Of a stretch of DNA of 23,498 bases, positions 16,710-23,498 are shown in pieces. Source of the DNA: a virus (lineage: Duplodnaviria; Heunggongvirae; Uroviricota; Caudoviricetes). The notes beneath the pieces were generated by a model. The model made no database searches. It was given only the letters and a program-made list of their open reading frames with translations, and was not told the DNA's origin. A program made the position numbers and the translations under genes. The DNA lies in the IMG/VR virus record IMGVR_UViG_2617270976_000016, positions 1 to 23,498 of that record. One strand, 5' to 3'. The number at the start of each line of letters is the position of its first letter. Position 1 is the stretch's first letter.

Positions 16710-16786
16710 GTGGCATTAGCTCAGTTGGATAGAGCAACGGCCTTCTAAGCCGTGGGGCGCAGGTTCGAATCCTGCATGCTGCACCA
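16710..16786 (+). tRNA. Phage-borne tRNA-Arg, anticodon UCU
   Basis: Cloverleaf traced by hand: D-stem GCTC/GAGC, anticodon stem ACGGC/GCCGT with loop CTTCTAA, T-stem GCAGG/CCTGC with TTCGAAT loop, 3' ACCA; acceptor stem has two G-U pairs. Confidence 0.8.
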
Positions 16787-16840
16787 GAATCACGTAGCCA
16801 GTGTGGTACCAGGAAGTAAGAAAGCTGTGTGGAGTCTTGG

Positions 16841-16884
16841 CGGTACCAGTACCAACCTTTGAAGTCCCTGGTACCGCCCTTTTT
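16841..16884 (+). terminator. Hairpin plus T-run downstream of tRNA-Arg (probable terminator)
   Basis: 9-bp stem GGCGGTACC/GGTACCGCC followed by CTTTTT; palindromic GGTACC occurs three times in 16805-16875. Confidence 0.35.
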
Positions 16885-16885
16885 A

Positions 16886-16968
16886 CTCAACTGAAAGCGC
16901 GTTCTGTCCCTTGTCATTAAGTGCCAGGTCGTTAAATCCAAAACCAGCGGAACGCGCTTTCAATTGAG
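16886..16968. repeat. 19-bp imperfect inverted repeat around a 45-bp spacer
   Basis: CTCAACTGAAAGCGCGTTC (16886-16904) pairs with GAACGCGCTTTCAATTGAG (16950-16968), one mismatch. Confidence 0.6.
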
Positions 16969-17116
16969 TGGAGAAACTAACCGGCGATTGCAGTCGCCCG
17001 TTTCACTAAGTGCCTCTTCATGGGGCATTTACTGAAACGAAACCAAAACTTTTATTCGCCTTTTGGCGAGGGATTCGTGCAACCAAAATTCAGCGGATTT
17101 TTCCACTGGAGGACTA

Positions 17117-17272
17117 ATGAACCACCTCGAATTTATTGAGAAGAACGTAAGGGAAATCCTTATTAAACAAGGTTTTTCCTCTTCAGTGGCTCAGGGGGGG
17201 CATGGCAAGCACTTGATTTATATAAGCGAATGTCACAAGCCAGTAAAAAAGGCGCGATTTTTGACGATGTGA
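17117..17272 (+). CDS. Small hypothetical protein (51 aa)
   Basis: ATG at 17117 preceded by GGAGG (short 4-nt spacing); no family recognised. Confidence 0.25.
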   Translation: MNHLEFIEKNVREILIKQGFSSSVAQGGHGKHLIYISECHKPVKKARFLTM

Positions 17273-17429
17273 TGAGGCATGCAAAAGCCTGGGCAGATAA
17301 GCAGGTTTCAAAGTCCGAAGTCACAAAAAGAAAACGTGCCCAACCTAAAGACCAAGGTGGCCTCTTTTAAGTATCAAGGCCAAAGAATTCAGCGCCGTGC
17401 AGGGCGCATAAAACACGGAGAAACTAACC

Positions 17430-17912
17430 ATGACGACCACACAGAATGTCACTGAGTTACAACCACGTATGACCAGAGAGCAACTGATCGATGCAGCGCG
17501 TAAAGCCGCCCCTCTCCTTCCGGTTGCTTACCGCGGGATCATGACCGAACTGGCTAACCGTCTTGATATCGTCAGCGTGGCGCTTTGCGAGTCAATGGAA
17601 CAGCGTAAAGCACTGGCCATCGAGAACACCGTTTTACGAGACGATGTTAATTGTTGGGCCAAAGAGTGCGACCGCATCGTTGAACGTCATACCAAATCGC
17701 CGACCAATATGCACATGCTGGAGGCGCAGAGAGAATTACGCGAGCTAACTCCAGTAACCGATCAGGTTATTCGCGATATCCAGGCCACTGGCGTGGAAAA
17801 GTACGCAAACGTCACTATTGCCATAGGGAAAGAAGAGCAAGAAGAAAGCATTGTTTACGCTGGTAATCAGGCTCTGTTATTCGCTAACCAACTTCGTGAA
17901 GGTACTGCGTAA
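17430..17912 (+). CDS. Hypothetical early protein (first gene of early operon)
   Basis: 160 aa; RBS GGAGA; stop overlaps next start as TAATG. Confidence 0.4.
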   Translation: MTTTQNVTELQPRMTREQLIDAARKAAPLLPVAYRGIMTELANRLDIVSVALCESMEQRKALAIENTVLRDDVNCWAKECDRIVERHTKSPTNMHMLEAQRELRELTPVTDQVIRDIQATGVEKYANVTIAIGKEEQEESIVYAGNQALLFANQLREGTA

Positions 17913-18952
17913 TGGCCGCCAACTCATTCAAACAGATGTCCCGTGACGGGACCATCAAGCGCACCGATACCGGGATGTTTATTAGCCTTGAACATATCCA
18001 CGTGCGTGAAGGTTTCAACAAGCGTGAAGACGACGAACGCACACGCCAGGCAGATGACGAACTGTTTAACTATCTGATGAACGGCGGTACCGTTCCTCCA
18101 CTGGAGGTTATCGCACGCGATGAAGGCGGTGTGTGGGTTGTTGAGGGTCACCGCCGTCGCCGTTGCTATGCGCGTTGTGCTGAAGCAGGTAAGCCAGTAG
18201 ACCGCATTCATATCATGCCTTTCAACGGTAACGATGTGCAGCGTCTGGCTCGCATCATGACCAGTAATAACCAACTCCCCCTTTCCGATATTGAACAGGC
18301 TGCTGTTATTCAGGAGCTTCATAATGCTTTCAACCAGACCACCAGCGAGATTGCAAAGCTGGTCAATAAGTCTGTAGCGACCGTTGAGAAGTTGCTCACT
18401 CTGAGCACCGCTAATTATGACGTTCAGCAGGAAGTTAAATCTGGTGCCGTATCTGTTGATGTTGCTGTTGACCGCGTTCGCGAGTTTGGCGAACAAGCTG
18501 GTGAGGTTCTCCAGCACGATAAAGCCGTAGCCGCCGCCCAGGGAAAAACAAAGGTTACGCGCAGTTCTATCGCGCCTGAACTCAACATTAAAAGTGCTCG
18601 CCGTTTTGTGGAGTTAATGGCCATGGCGACGATTAGCGATGAAGGCGTGTTCACTTTGCAAGGCACGGCACTGGCTGAAGCTCTGGCGATCATCGACGAA
18701 CATAAAACCATTGCTGAAGCTCGCGAAACCTATCGCCTTTCACAGCCAATCCCTACTACAGAAATTATCGGGAAGGTGCTGTATGTGAAGCTGGACGGTA
18801 AGGAAATCGGCTCGGCAATAATTTATCGCGGTAAGAACGTCACGCTCGACCTAGGTGATAGAAAAATAATCGCCAGCCAGTCAAAAGCAGTGGCCCACTT
18901 CGTTAAACAACACAAACTTCAGCAGGTACATACCAATGCAAACGATCAATAA
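17912..18952 (+). CDS. ParB/Srx-like nuclease-domain protein
   Basis: 346 aa; N-terminal ParB-like motif region (VVEGHRRRRCYA); translationally coupled to neighbours. Confidence 0.5.
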   Translation: MAANSFKQMSRDGTIKRTDTGMFISLEHIHVREGFNKREDDERTRQADDELFNYLMNGGTVPPLEVIARDEGGVWVVEGHRRRRCYARCAEAGKPVDRIHIMPFNGNDVQRLARIMTSNNQLPLSDIEQAAVIQELHNAFNQTTSEIAKLVNKSVATVEKLLTLSTANYDVQQEVKSGAVSVDVAVDRVREFGEQAGEVLQHDKAVAAAQGKTKVTRSSIAPELNIKSARRFVELMAMATISDEGVFTLQGTALAEALAIIDEHKTIAEARETYRLSQPIPTTEIIGKVLYVKLDGKEIGSAIIYRGKNVTLDLGDRKIIASQSKAVAHFVKQHKLQQVHTNANDQ

Positions 18953-19508
18953 CCGTATGACAGAAACTCAAATTGCTGATCTCTTCAGCCTGGCGGTTCA
19001 GTTGCAGGTTAAAGCTGAAGAATCAGATGATCGTGATACTGCAATTTTGGCCTACTCAATTCAAAACGCCTGCTCAAATTTAACGGAATCCCAGCGCGAG
19101 TTCCGTGCAGCAGACGCGACTATTCACAATCTGGAACTGAAAATCACAGAGATGGCAGTACAGCTAGCTAACGCCGATAGCAAGTGCAGGGAGCTGGCGG
19201 GGGTAGTTGCTGAGAACGCTGATTTAAAATCTCTGATTGAACAACATGCAGCCTCTATCGCTGTATGTCCTAACTGCTCACACGAAGAGCCAAGCGAAAC
19301 TGACGACATCGTTGCGCTTTATCGCTCAATGGAAACCCCAGCCACCGACGCTTTCCTGGCTGAAGTGCGGACGCAGGGTGTGGAAGGATTCTTGAAGTTT
19401 TGCGGTGAGGAAAATTCCGTATTTGTCGAGGCTAAAGCTTACTACCGGTCGCTATCGGATGCGGTTGATGAGTTCGCCGCCCGACTTCGCAAAGGAGCCG
19501 CTCTATGA
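18936..19508 (+). CDS. Hypothetical coiled-coil protein (Ea22-like by context)
   Basis: 190 aa, or slightly shorter from ATG 18957; central heptad-like helical region; CPNC motif. Confidence 0.35.
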   Translation: MQTINNRMTETQIADLFSLAVQLQVKAEESDDRDTAILAYSIQNACSNLTESQREFRAADATIHNLELKITEMAVQLANADSKCRELAGVVAENADLKSLIEQHAASIAVCPNCSHEEPSETDDIVALYRSMETPATDAFLAEVRTQGVEGFLKFCGEENSVFVEAKAYYRSLSDAVDEFAARLRKGAAL

Positions 19509-20158
19509 GCAACCGATTCTACATGCTGTGTACACGAGAAACTGTCGGGAACAACGCGTCATTCCACTGCCACAACGGAAACGGGTATAGCTCAAACATC
19601 GACCGCGCTCACGTGTATACCCGCGAAGAGGCACAACACAGCTGGGATTTAGGCAGAGAGATTGATCAGCCAGTTTGCGCAGCCAGCGTTGATTCCTTGG
19701 CTACCTGGCATGTCGACTGCCAGTACATTCCTGCTGAAAGTGTTATTGAGCCCGGATGCGAGGCCTACGTGGCCTACAAAAAAGGAAGCTGGAACGGCAA
19801 CGATGTGTACTGGCTGCAACATGGCGGACTTCCAACAGATGACTTCAGTAAGGCATTCATTTTTGTTTCCGCTAACACAGCGGAGCCTGGAATTGTCTGG
19901 ATTCCTTTTTCCTTGGCTGACAAGGCTAAGCGCCGCACATTCAGCATCAATGAATTTAATCGCCGCACCATGGTACAGGCGGCAGGGCTGGTTATGCCTG
20001 AATGGTTGAAAAAACAAAACCGCAGGAAAAAGGCACGAAGTGGCAAGGTCCGCTGGAATTGTCCGCACTGCGGAAAAATCAGTTGGCAGTACAACCCATA
20101 TGATTTTGATGGTTGCCGCGACTACTCATGCGAAGGATGGAGGCCAAATGACAACTAA
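19505..20158 (+). CDS. Hypothetical protein with C-terminal Zn-ribbon-like Cys cluster
   Basis: 217 aa; C-terminal CPHCG…C…C; ATGA overlap with upstream gene. Confidence 0.4.
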   Translation: MSNRFYMLCTRETVGNNASFHCHNGNGYSSNIDRAHVYTREEAQHSWDLGREIDQPVCAASVDSLATWHVDCQYIPAESVIEPGCEAYVAYKKGSWNGNDVYWLQHGGLPTDDFSKAFIFVSANTAEPGIVWIPFSLADKAKRRTFSINEFNRRTMVQAAGLVMPEWLKKQNRRKKARSGKVRWNCPHCGKISWQYNPYDFDGCRDYSCEGWRPNDN

Positions 20159-20741
20159 CAACCACCCGGCGAACGGTCCTGTATCACTCGATCGCCTGCA
20201 CCAGATACGCGAAATACTCAGCAAAGCAGCAGCACAAAGCGATGGCGGTAATCTCGGCTACGCAATGGCTGATGCTGTGAAGGTGATTGATGGGATGATT
20301 TCTCGCGAACTGGTACGCCGTGAACATGCAGCATGGTCACTGGCTACTTTCGGCGATGTCGGTCCAGTTGGTCCGCTAAAGCACCTTTCCAAAGAAGCGC
20401 TCGAGGCTGCTGCTGAACCCGGCGACCTTAGCGAATGGGCTGACATGCAATTCCTGTTATGGGATGCGCAACGTCGTGCCGGTATCAGTGACGAGCAGCT
20501 TACCCAGGCGATGGTGGAAAAGTTGGCGGTTAACAAACAGCGCGAATGGCCTGAGCCGAAAGACGGTGAGCCAAGGCTACATATCAAGGAATCCGACAAC
20601 TCGTTTGTGGCTCCGGAGGGGACGGCCTGCAAATACTGCGGCGGTACAGGTTATTTCCGTTGGAAAAAATCCGCAAATACCTTCCCGTGTCCATGTATGG
20701 GATGCGATTTGCCAGCAGCACCTCTGCAGGAGGTGAAGTGA
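20148..20741 (+). CDS. DUF550-type (MazG-like dATP/dGTP pyrophosphohydrolase-domain) protein with C-terminal Zn-ribbon
   Basis: 197 aa from ATG 20148 (RBS GGAGG); N-terminus MTTNNHPANGPVSLDRLHQIRE matches my recollection of DUF550 prophage proteins; C-terminal CKYCGG…CPC. Confidence 0.5.
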   Translation: MTTNNHPANGPVSLDRLHQIREILSKAAAQSDGGNLGYAMADAVKVIDGMISRELVRREHAAWSLATFGDVGPVGPLKHLSKEALEAAAEPGDLSEWADMQFLLWDAQRRAGISDEQLTQAMVEKLAVNKQREWPEPKDGEPRLHIKESDNSFVAPEGTACKYCGGTGYFRWKKSANTFPCPCMGCDLPAAPLQEVK

Positions 20742-20827
20742 TGCCGCCAGTTAAAGTGGTTGTTATTACCGTGGTGATGCTAGCGATCTGCCAGTTAGTT
20801 TCTATGACGGGATATGGCATATGGTGA
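20741..20827 (+). CDS. Possible 28-aa hydrophobic peptide (MPPVKVVVITVVMLAICQLVSMTGYGIW)
   Basis: ATG overlaps upstream stop (TGATG) and its own stop overlaps the next ATG; single TM-like segment; not in the ORF track because it is too short. Confidence 0.25.
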   Translation: MPPVKVVVITVVMLAICQLVSMTGYGIW

Positions 20828-21099
20828 GCAAGCTAAAACAGCGTCGCATACGCCGACTGAAAGCCGATGTAGCATGGTGGAAATCTGAAGCTGAGTACTG
20901 TAAGGCGCGAGTGTTCGAACAGGCAAACGAAATTGCTGAACTAAGAAGCATGGTGATTCGTGTACCAATGCCGGTAATGGTGCCAGTAGAGATACTTCAT
21001 CAGCTAAATGGGAAGGGATCGAAAGAATATCCATTATGTCGCAATTGCAACGATGGAACCCGTCACGGGTGTTCATCGTGTGCTTACAGAATGAAGTAA
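20821..21099 (+). CDS. Hypothetical small protein with coiled-coil N-terminus and C-terminal 4-Cys cluster
   Basis: 92 aa; CRNC…GCSSC pattern. Confidence 0.4.
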   Translation: MVSKLKQRRIRRLKADVAWWKSEAEYCKARVFEQANEIAELRSMVIRVPMPVMVPVEILHQLNGKGSKEYPLCRNCNDGTRHGCSSCAYRMK

Positions 21100-21132
21100 C
21101 CGGGTGCAGCCGGTTTAAGTGGAGAACTAACT

Positions 21133-21360
21133 ATGAGCGGACAAATCCAACGTTTTCTTACTCCAGATGACCTCTATCAATTAACTGGTTATCGTCGCCC
21201 TTCCCTACAGTGTAAAGCTCTGAGGGATAGTGGGGTATTTTTTATCCCACGCAAGGACGGAAGGCCAGGAACAACATGGGATCATGTATCAAACCCTGTT
21301 GGACTTAAGTTAATAGTGAGCAATCCAGAGGAAGAAGAACCAAACTTTAAGGATATGTAA
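21133..21360 (+). CDS. DUF4224-like protein, putative excisionase / recombination directionality factor
   Basis: 75 aa; motif LTPDDLYQLTGY; stop overlaps integrase start as TAATG. Confidence 0.5.
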   Translation: MSGQIQRFLTPDDLYQLTGYRRPSLQCKALRDSGVFFIPRKDGRPGTTWDHVSNPVGLKLIVSNPEEEEPNFKDM

Positions 21361-22370
21361 TGTCTAGAGCTCGCAAAAACCCTGAGGATAACTGGATGCC
21401 TCCTCGCGTTCGACGGGGAAAATCTGCTTATGAGTTTCGTACAACAGATGGTCGTACCGTCAGGTTGTGCAATCCTGATCTAACAAAATCGCAGGTATGG
21501 GCAGCTTACGAAAACTTCATAAACGATTTAAAGGTTGGTACGAACTTCAACGCACTTTGTGAAGAATTCTTTAATTCCGGTGATTTCCACGAGTTAGCAA
21601 CTGAAACACGTAAAGACTACAGAAAATACGGTTCAAAGGTAAATGTTGTCTTCGGGAAAATGAAGCCGGATAACATCAAGCCAGAGCACATCAGAAAATA
21701 TATGGATAAACGAGGTGTTAAGAGCAGGGTTCAGGCAAACCGCGAGAAAGCATTTATGTCCAGGGTGTTTCGGTGGGCATACGAACGAGGAAAGGTGAAG
21801 ATGAATCCTTGCCAGGGCGTAAAGCAATTTAAAGAGCAGGCTCGGACCCGTTATATTAGCGATAGGGAATATGATGCACTTTATAGCGTTGCTTCTATTC
21901 CCGTAAAAGTTGCAATGGAGTTGGCATATCTATGTTGCGCCCGCCAGGGAGACATTCTTGACCTCAAAAAGAGTCAATTATTGAGCGAAGGAATTTTAAT
22001 TCAGCAGAGTAAAACCGCAGTTAGCCAGATCAAGGCCTGGACAAAACGTCTGGAGGATGCCGTTAATCTTGCTGACAGCATTCCTCTTAACAGCGGGATG
22101 GTAAGTATTTTTGTCATCCACCAGCCATCAGGTCTGCGATACACACGCGATGCTTTTAATGCGCAATGGATGAAGACTAAAAAACTTGCTGCTGAAAAAT
22201 ATCCAGACCTTGATTTCCAGTTCACTTTTCATGATCTAAAAGCCAAAGGAATTTCTGATCTTGAAGGTACGTTAAGTGAGAAGCAGGAAATTTCAGGTCA
22301 TAAAAACGCCTCGCAAACAGCGAGATATAATCGAAGAATTTCAGTTGTTCCGGTCGTCGGGGGGCAGTAA
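21360..22370 (+). CDS. int: Tyrosine-type phage integrase
   Basis: 336 aa; C-terminal catalytic region with HDLK and H…ARY motifs; adjacent to a tRNA gene. Confidence 0.9.
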   Translation: MSRARKNPEDNWMPPRVRRGKSAYEFRTTDGRTVRLCNPDLTKSQVWAAYENFINDLKVGTNFNALCEEFFNSGDFHELATETRKDYRKYGSKVNVVFGKMKPDNIKPEHIRKYMDKRGVKSRVQANREKAFMSRVFRWAYERGKVKMNPCQGVKQFKEQARTRYISDREYDALYSVASIPVKVAMELAYLCCARQGDILDLKKSQLLSEGILIQQSKTAVSQIKAWTKRLEDAVNLADSIPLNSGMVSIFVIHQPSGLRYTRDAFNAQWMKTKKLAAEKYPDLDFQFTFHDLKAKGISDLEGTLSEKQEISGHKNASQTARYNRRISVVPVVGGQ

Positions 22371-22419
22371 TGCCCTCTTTTTATGGCGAAGCTGAATGGC
22401 GAAACAATGGTGAACATGG

Positions 22420-22455
22420 AGTACAAAAACAAAAAAACCACCCGTAGGTGGTTTC
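22420..22455 (-). terminator. Intrinsic terminator downstream of leuZ (end of the tRNA operon)
   Basis: Minus strand: hairpin AACCACC-TACG-GGTGGTT followed by TTTTTTTGTTTTTG. Confidence 0.55.
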
Positions 22456-22495
22456 ACGACACTGCTTATTGCTTTGATTATTCTGTTCTTTCCCA

Positions 22496-22582
22496 TGGTA
22501 CCCGGAGTGGGACTTGAACCCACACAGCGCGAACGCCGAGGGATTTTAAATCCCTTGTGTCTACCGATTCCACCATCCGGGC
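22496..22582 (-). tRNA. leuZ: tRNA-Leu, anticodon UAA
   Basis: 87-nt minus-strand sequence matches my recollection of E. coli leuZ, long variable arm, 3' CCA encoded. Confidence 0.95.
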
Positions 22583-22594
22583 TCGGGAAGAAAG

Positions 22595-22668
22595 TGGAGG
22601 CGCGTTCCGGAGTCGAACCGGACTAGACGGATTTGCAATCCGCTACATAACCGCTTTGTTAACGCGCC
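22595..22668 (-). tRNA. cysT: tRNA-Cys, anticodon GCA
   Basis: 74-nt minus-strand sequence matching E. coli cysT as recalled. Confidence 0.95.
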
Positions 22669-22722
22669 AAATTCTTCAGGCCTTTCAGCCAGACATCCGC
22701 TTGAGGCCGATGTCTTTTAAAC

Positions 22723-22798
<76 letters not shown>

Positions 22799-22949
22799 AT
22801 TCATCAAGCAATCAGTTAATCACTTGATTTTATTATCGTCTGGCAATCAGTGCCGCCGTTCGATGCGTTGCATTCTACTTACCTGGCGCGATGAGTCAAC
22901 GATATTTTTCACCACTTTTGATCGTTTGCTGAAAATTGCACCGAAACGA

Positions 22950-23498
22950 TCACTGATCAAGCAAATCTGCACGCGCAGCGCTCAAATATTGCAACATTGA
23001 CCACAGAGTCAGTACCGCAGCCACAAAGAAAAGTGCAATACCGGCGTACTCAACCCAAATGTTCGGACGCCACAGCAGCCAGGCCAACGCCACCATCTGG
23101 GCCGTAGTTTTCACTTTCCCAATCCAGGAGACAGCCACGCTACTGCGTTTACCCAACTCCGCCATCCATTCGCGTAGCGCAGAAATAATAATTTCACGGG
23201 CGATCATCGTTGCCGCCGGTAAGGTCACCCACCAGCTGTGATAATGCTCGGTTACCAGCACCATGGCGATAGCCACGAGAACTTTATCTGCGACAGGGTC
23301 AAGGAAAGCACCAAACCGGGTACTCTGGTTCCAGCGGCGTGCCAGAAAACCATCGAACCAGTCAGTCACCGCCGCGACGCAGAAAATGAGCGCGGCGGCA
23401 AACGGCGACCAGGTGACAGGCAGATAAAAGACCAATACAAAGAATGGGATAAGGATGACACGGAACAGTGTAAGCAACGTAGGGATATTAAATTGCAT
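22950..23498 (-). CDS. pgsA: CDP-diacylglycerol--glycerol-3-phosphate 3-phosphatidyltransferase
   Basis: 182-aa translation matches E. coli PgsA as I recall it; conserved pgsA-glyW-cysT-leuZ synteny. Confidence 0.95.

Larger units (their letters stand above)
1..22495. mobile_element. Defective lambdoid prophage, right-hand portion; left end lies beyond position 1, right end abuts the 3' end of tRNA-Leu
   Basis: Contiguous phage modules (int/xis, early operon, cI/cro, rusA, Q, holin, tail, tailspike) ending at a tRNA gene; head, terminase, endolysin and replication genes absent. Confidence 0.8.

Noticed and set aside
16710-16786. tRNA-Arg as a second integration site for a nested element
   Set aside because: No duplicated copy of the tRNA 3' end and no second integrase; the tRNA is more simply phage cargo
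16428-16941. ORFs at 16428-16625, 16520-16732 and 16702-16941
   Set aside because: They overlap the tRNA-Arg gene and its terminator hairpins, lack RBS, and translate to low-complexity sequence
16200-17430. Lambda N-type antiterminator gene
   Set aside because: No small ORF with an Arg-rich N-terminal motif and a plausible RBS was found between the early promoter and the early genes
17924-20632. Minus-strand ORFs (17924-18517, 18424-18711, 19649-20094, 20258-20632) within the early operon
   Set aside because: Antisense to a tightly coupled plus-strand operon; GC-rich codon third positions create long antisense frames

Overview
This window holds the right-hand ~22.5 kb of a defective lambdoid prophage inserted next to tRNA-Leu(UAA) in an E. 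coli-like chromosome, followed by the host genes leuZ, cysT, glyW and pgsA (22496-23498). Reading leftwards from the tRNA the prophage carries: a tyrosine integrase and a DUF4224 Xis-like gene; a tightly packed plus-strand early operon (ParB/Srx-like protein, DUF550 MazG-like protein, Zn-ribbon and coiled-coil proteins); a phage-borne tRNA-Arg(UCU); a CI/Cro/CII-like immunity region with a repeated 21-bp operator motif on both sides of cI; a nin-like region (RusA, Rha/KilAC antirepressor, DUF968); a Q-like antiterminator with a candidate PR-prime/tR-prime unit; an AT-rich orphan membrane-protein gene bracketed by terminators; holin-like genes; a 5'-truncated tape-measure gene; a tail-tip module; a tailspike; an AT-rich OafA-like O-antigen acyltransferase; and an SOS-boxed dinI homologue. 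No endolysin, head, terminase or replication genes are present, so the element looks cryptic. The best candidates for undescribed biology are the orphan membrane-protein cassette between Q and the holin, and the early operon as a possible counter-defence island. All family assignments are from reading the translations by eye; no searches were run.
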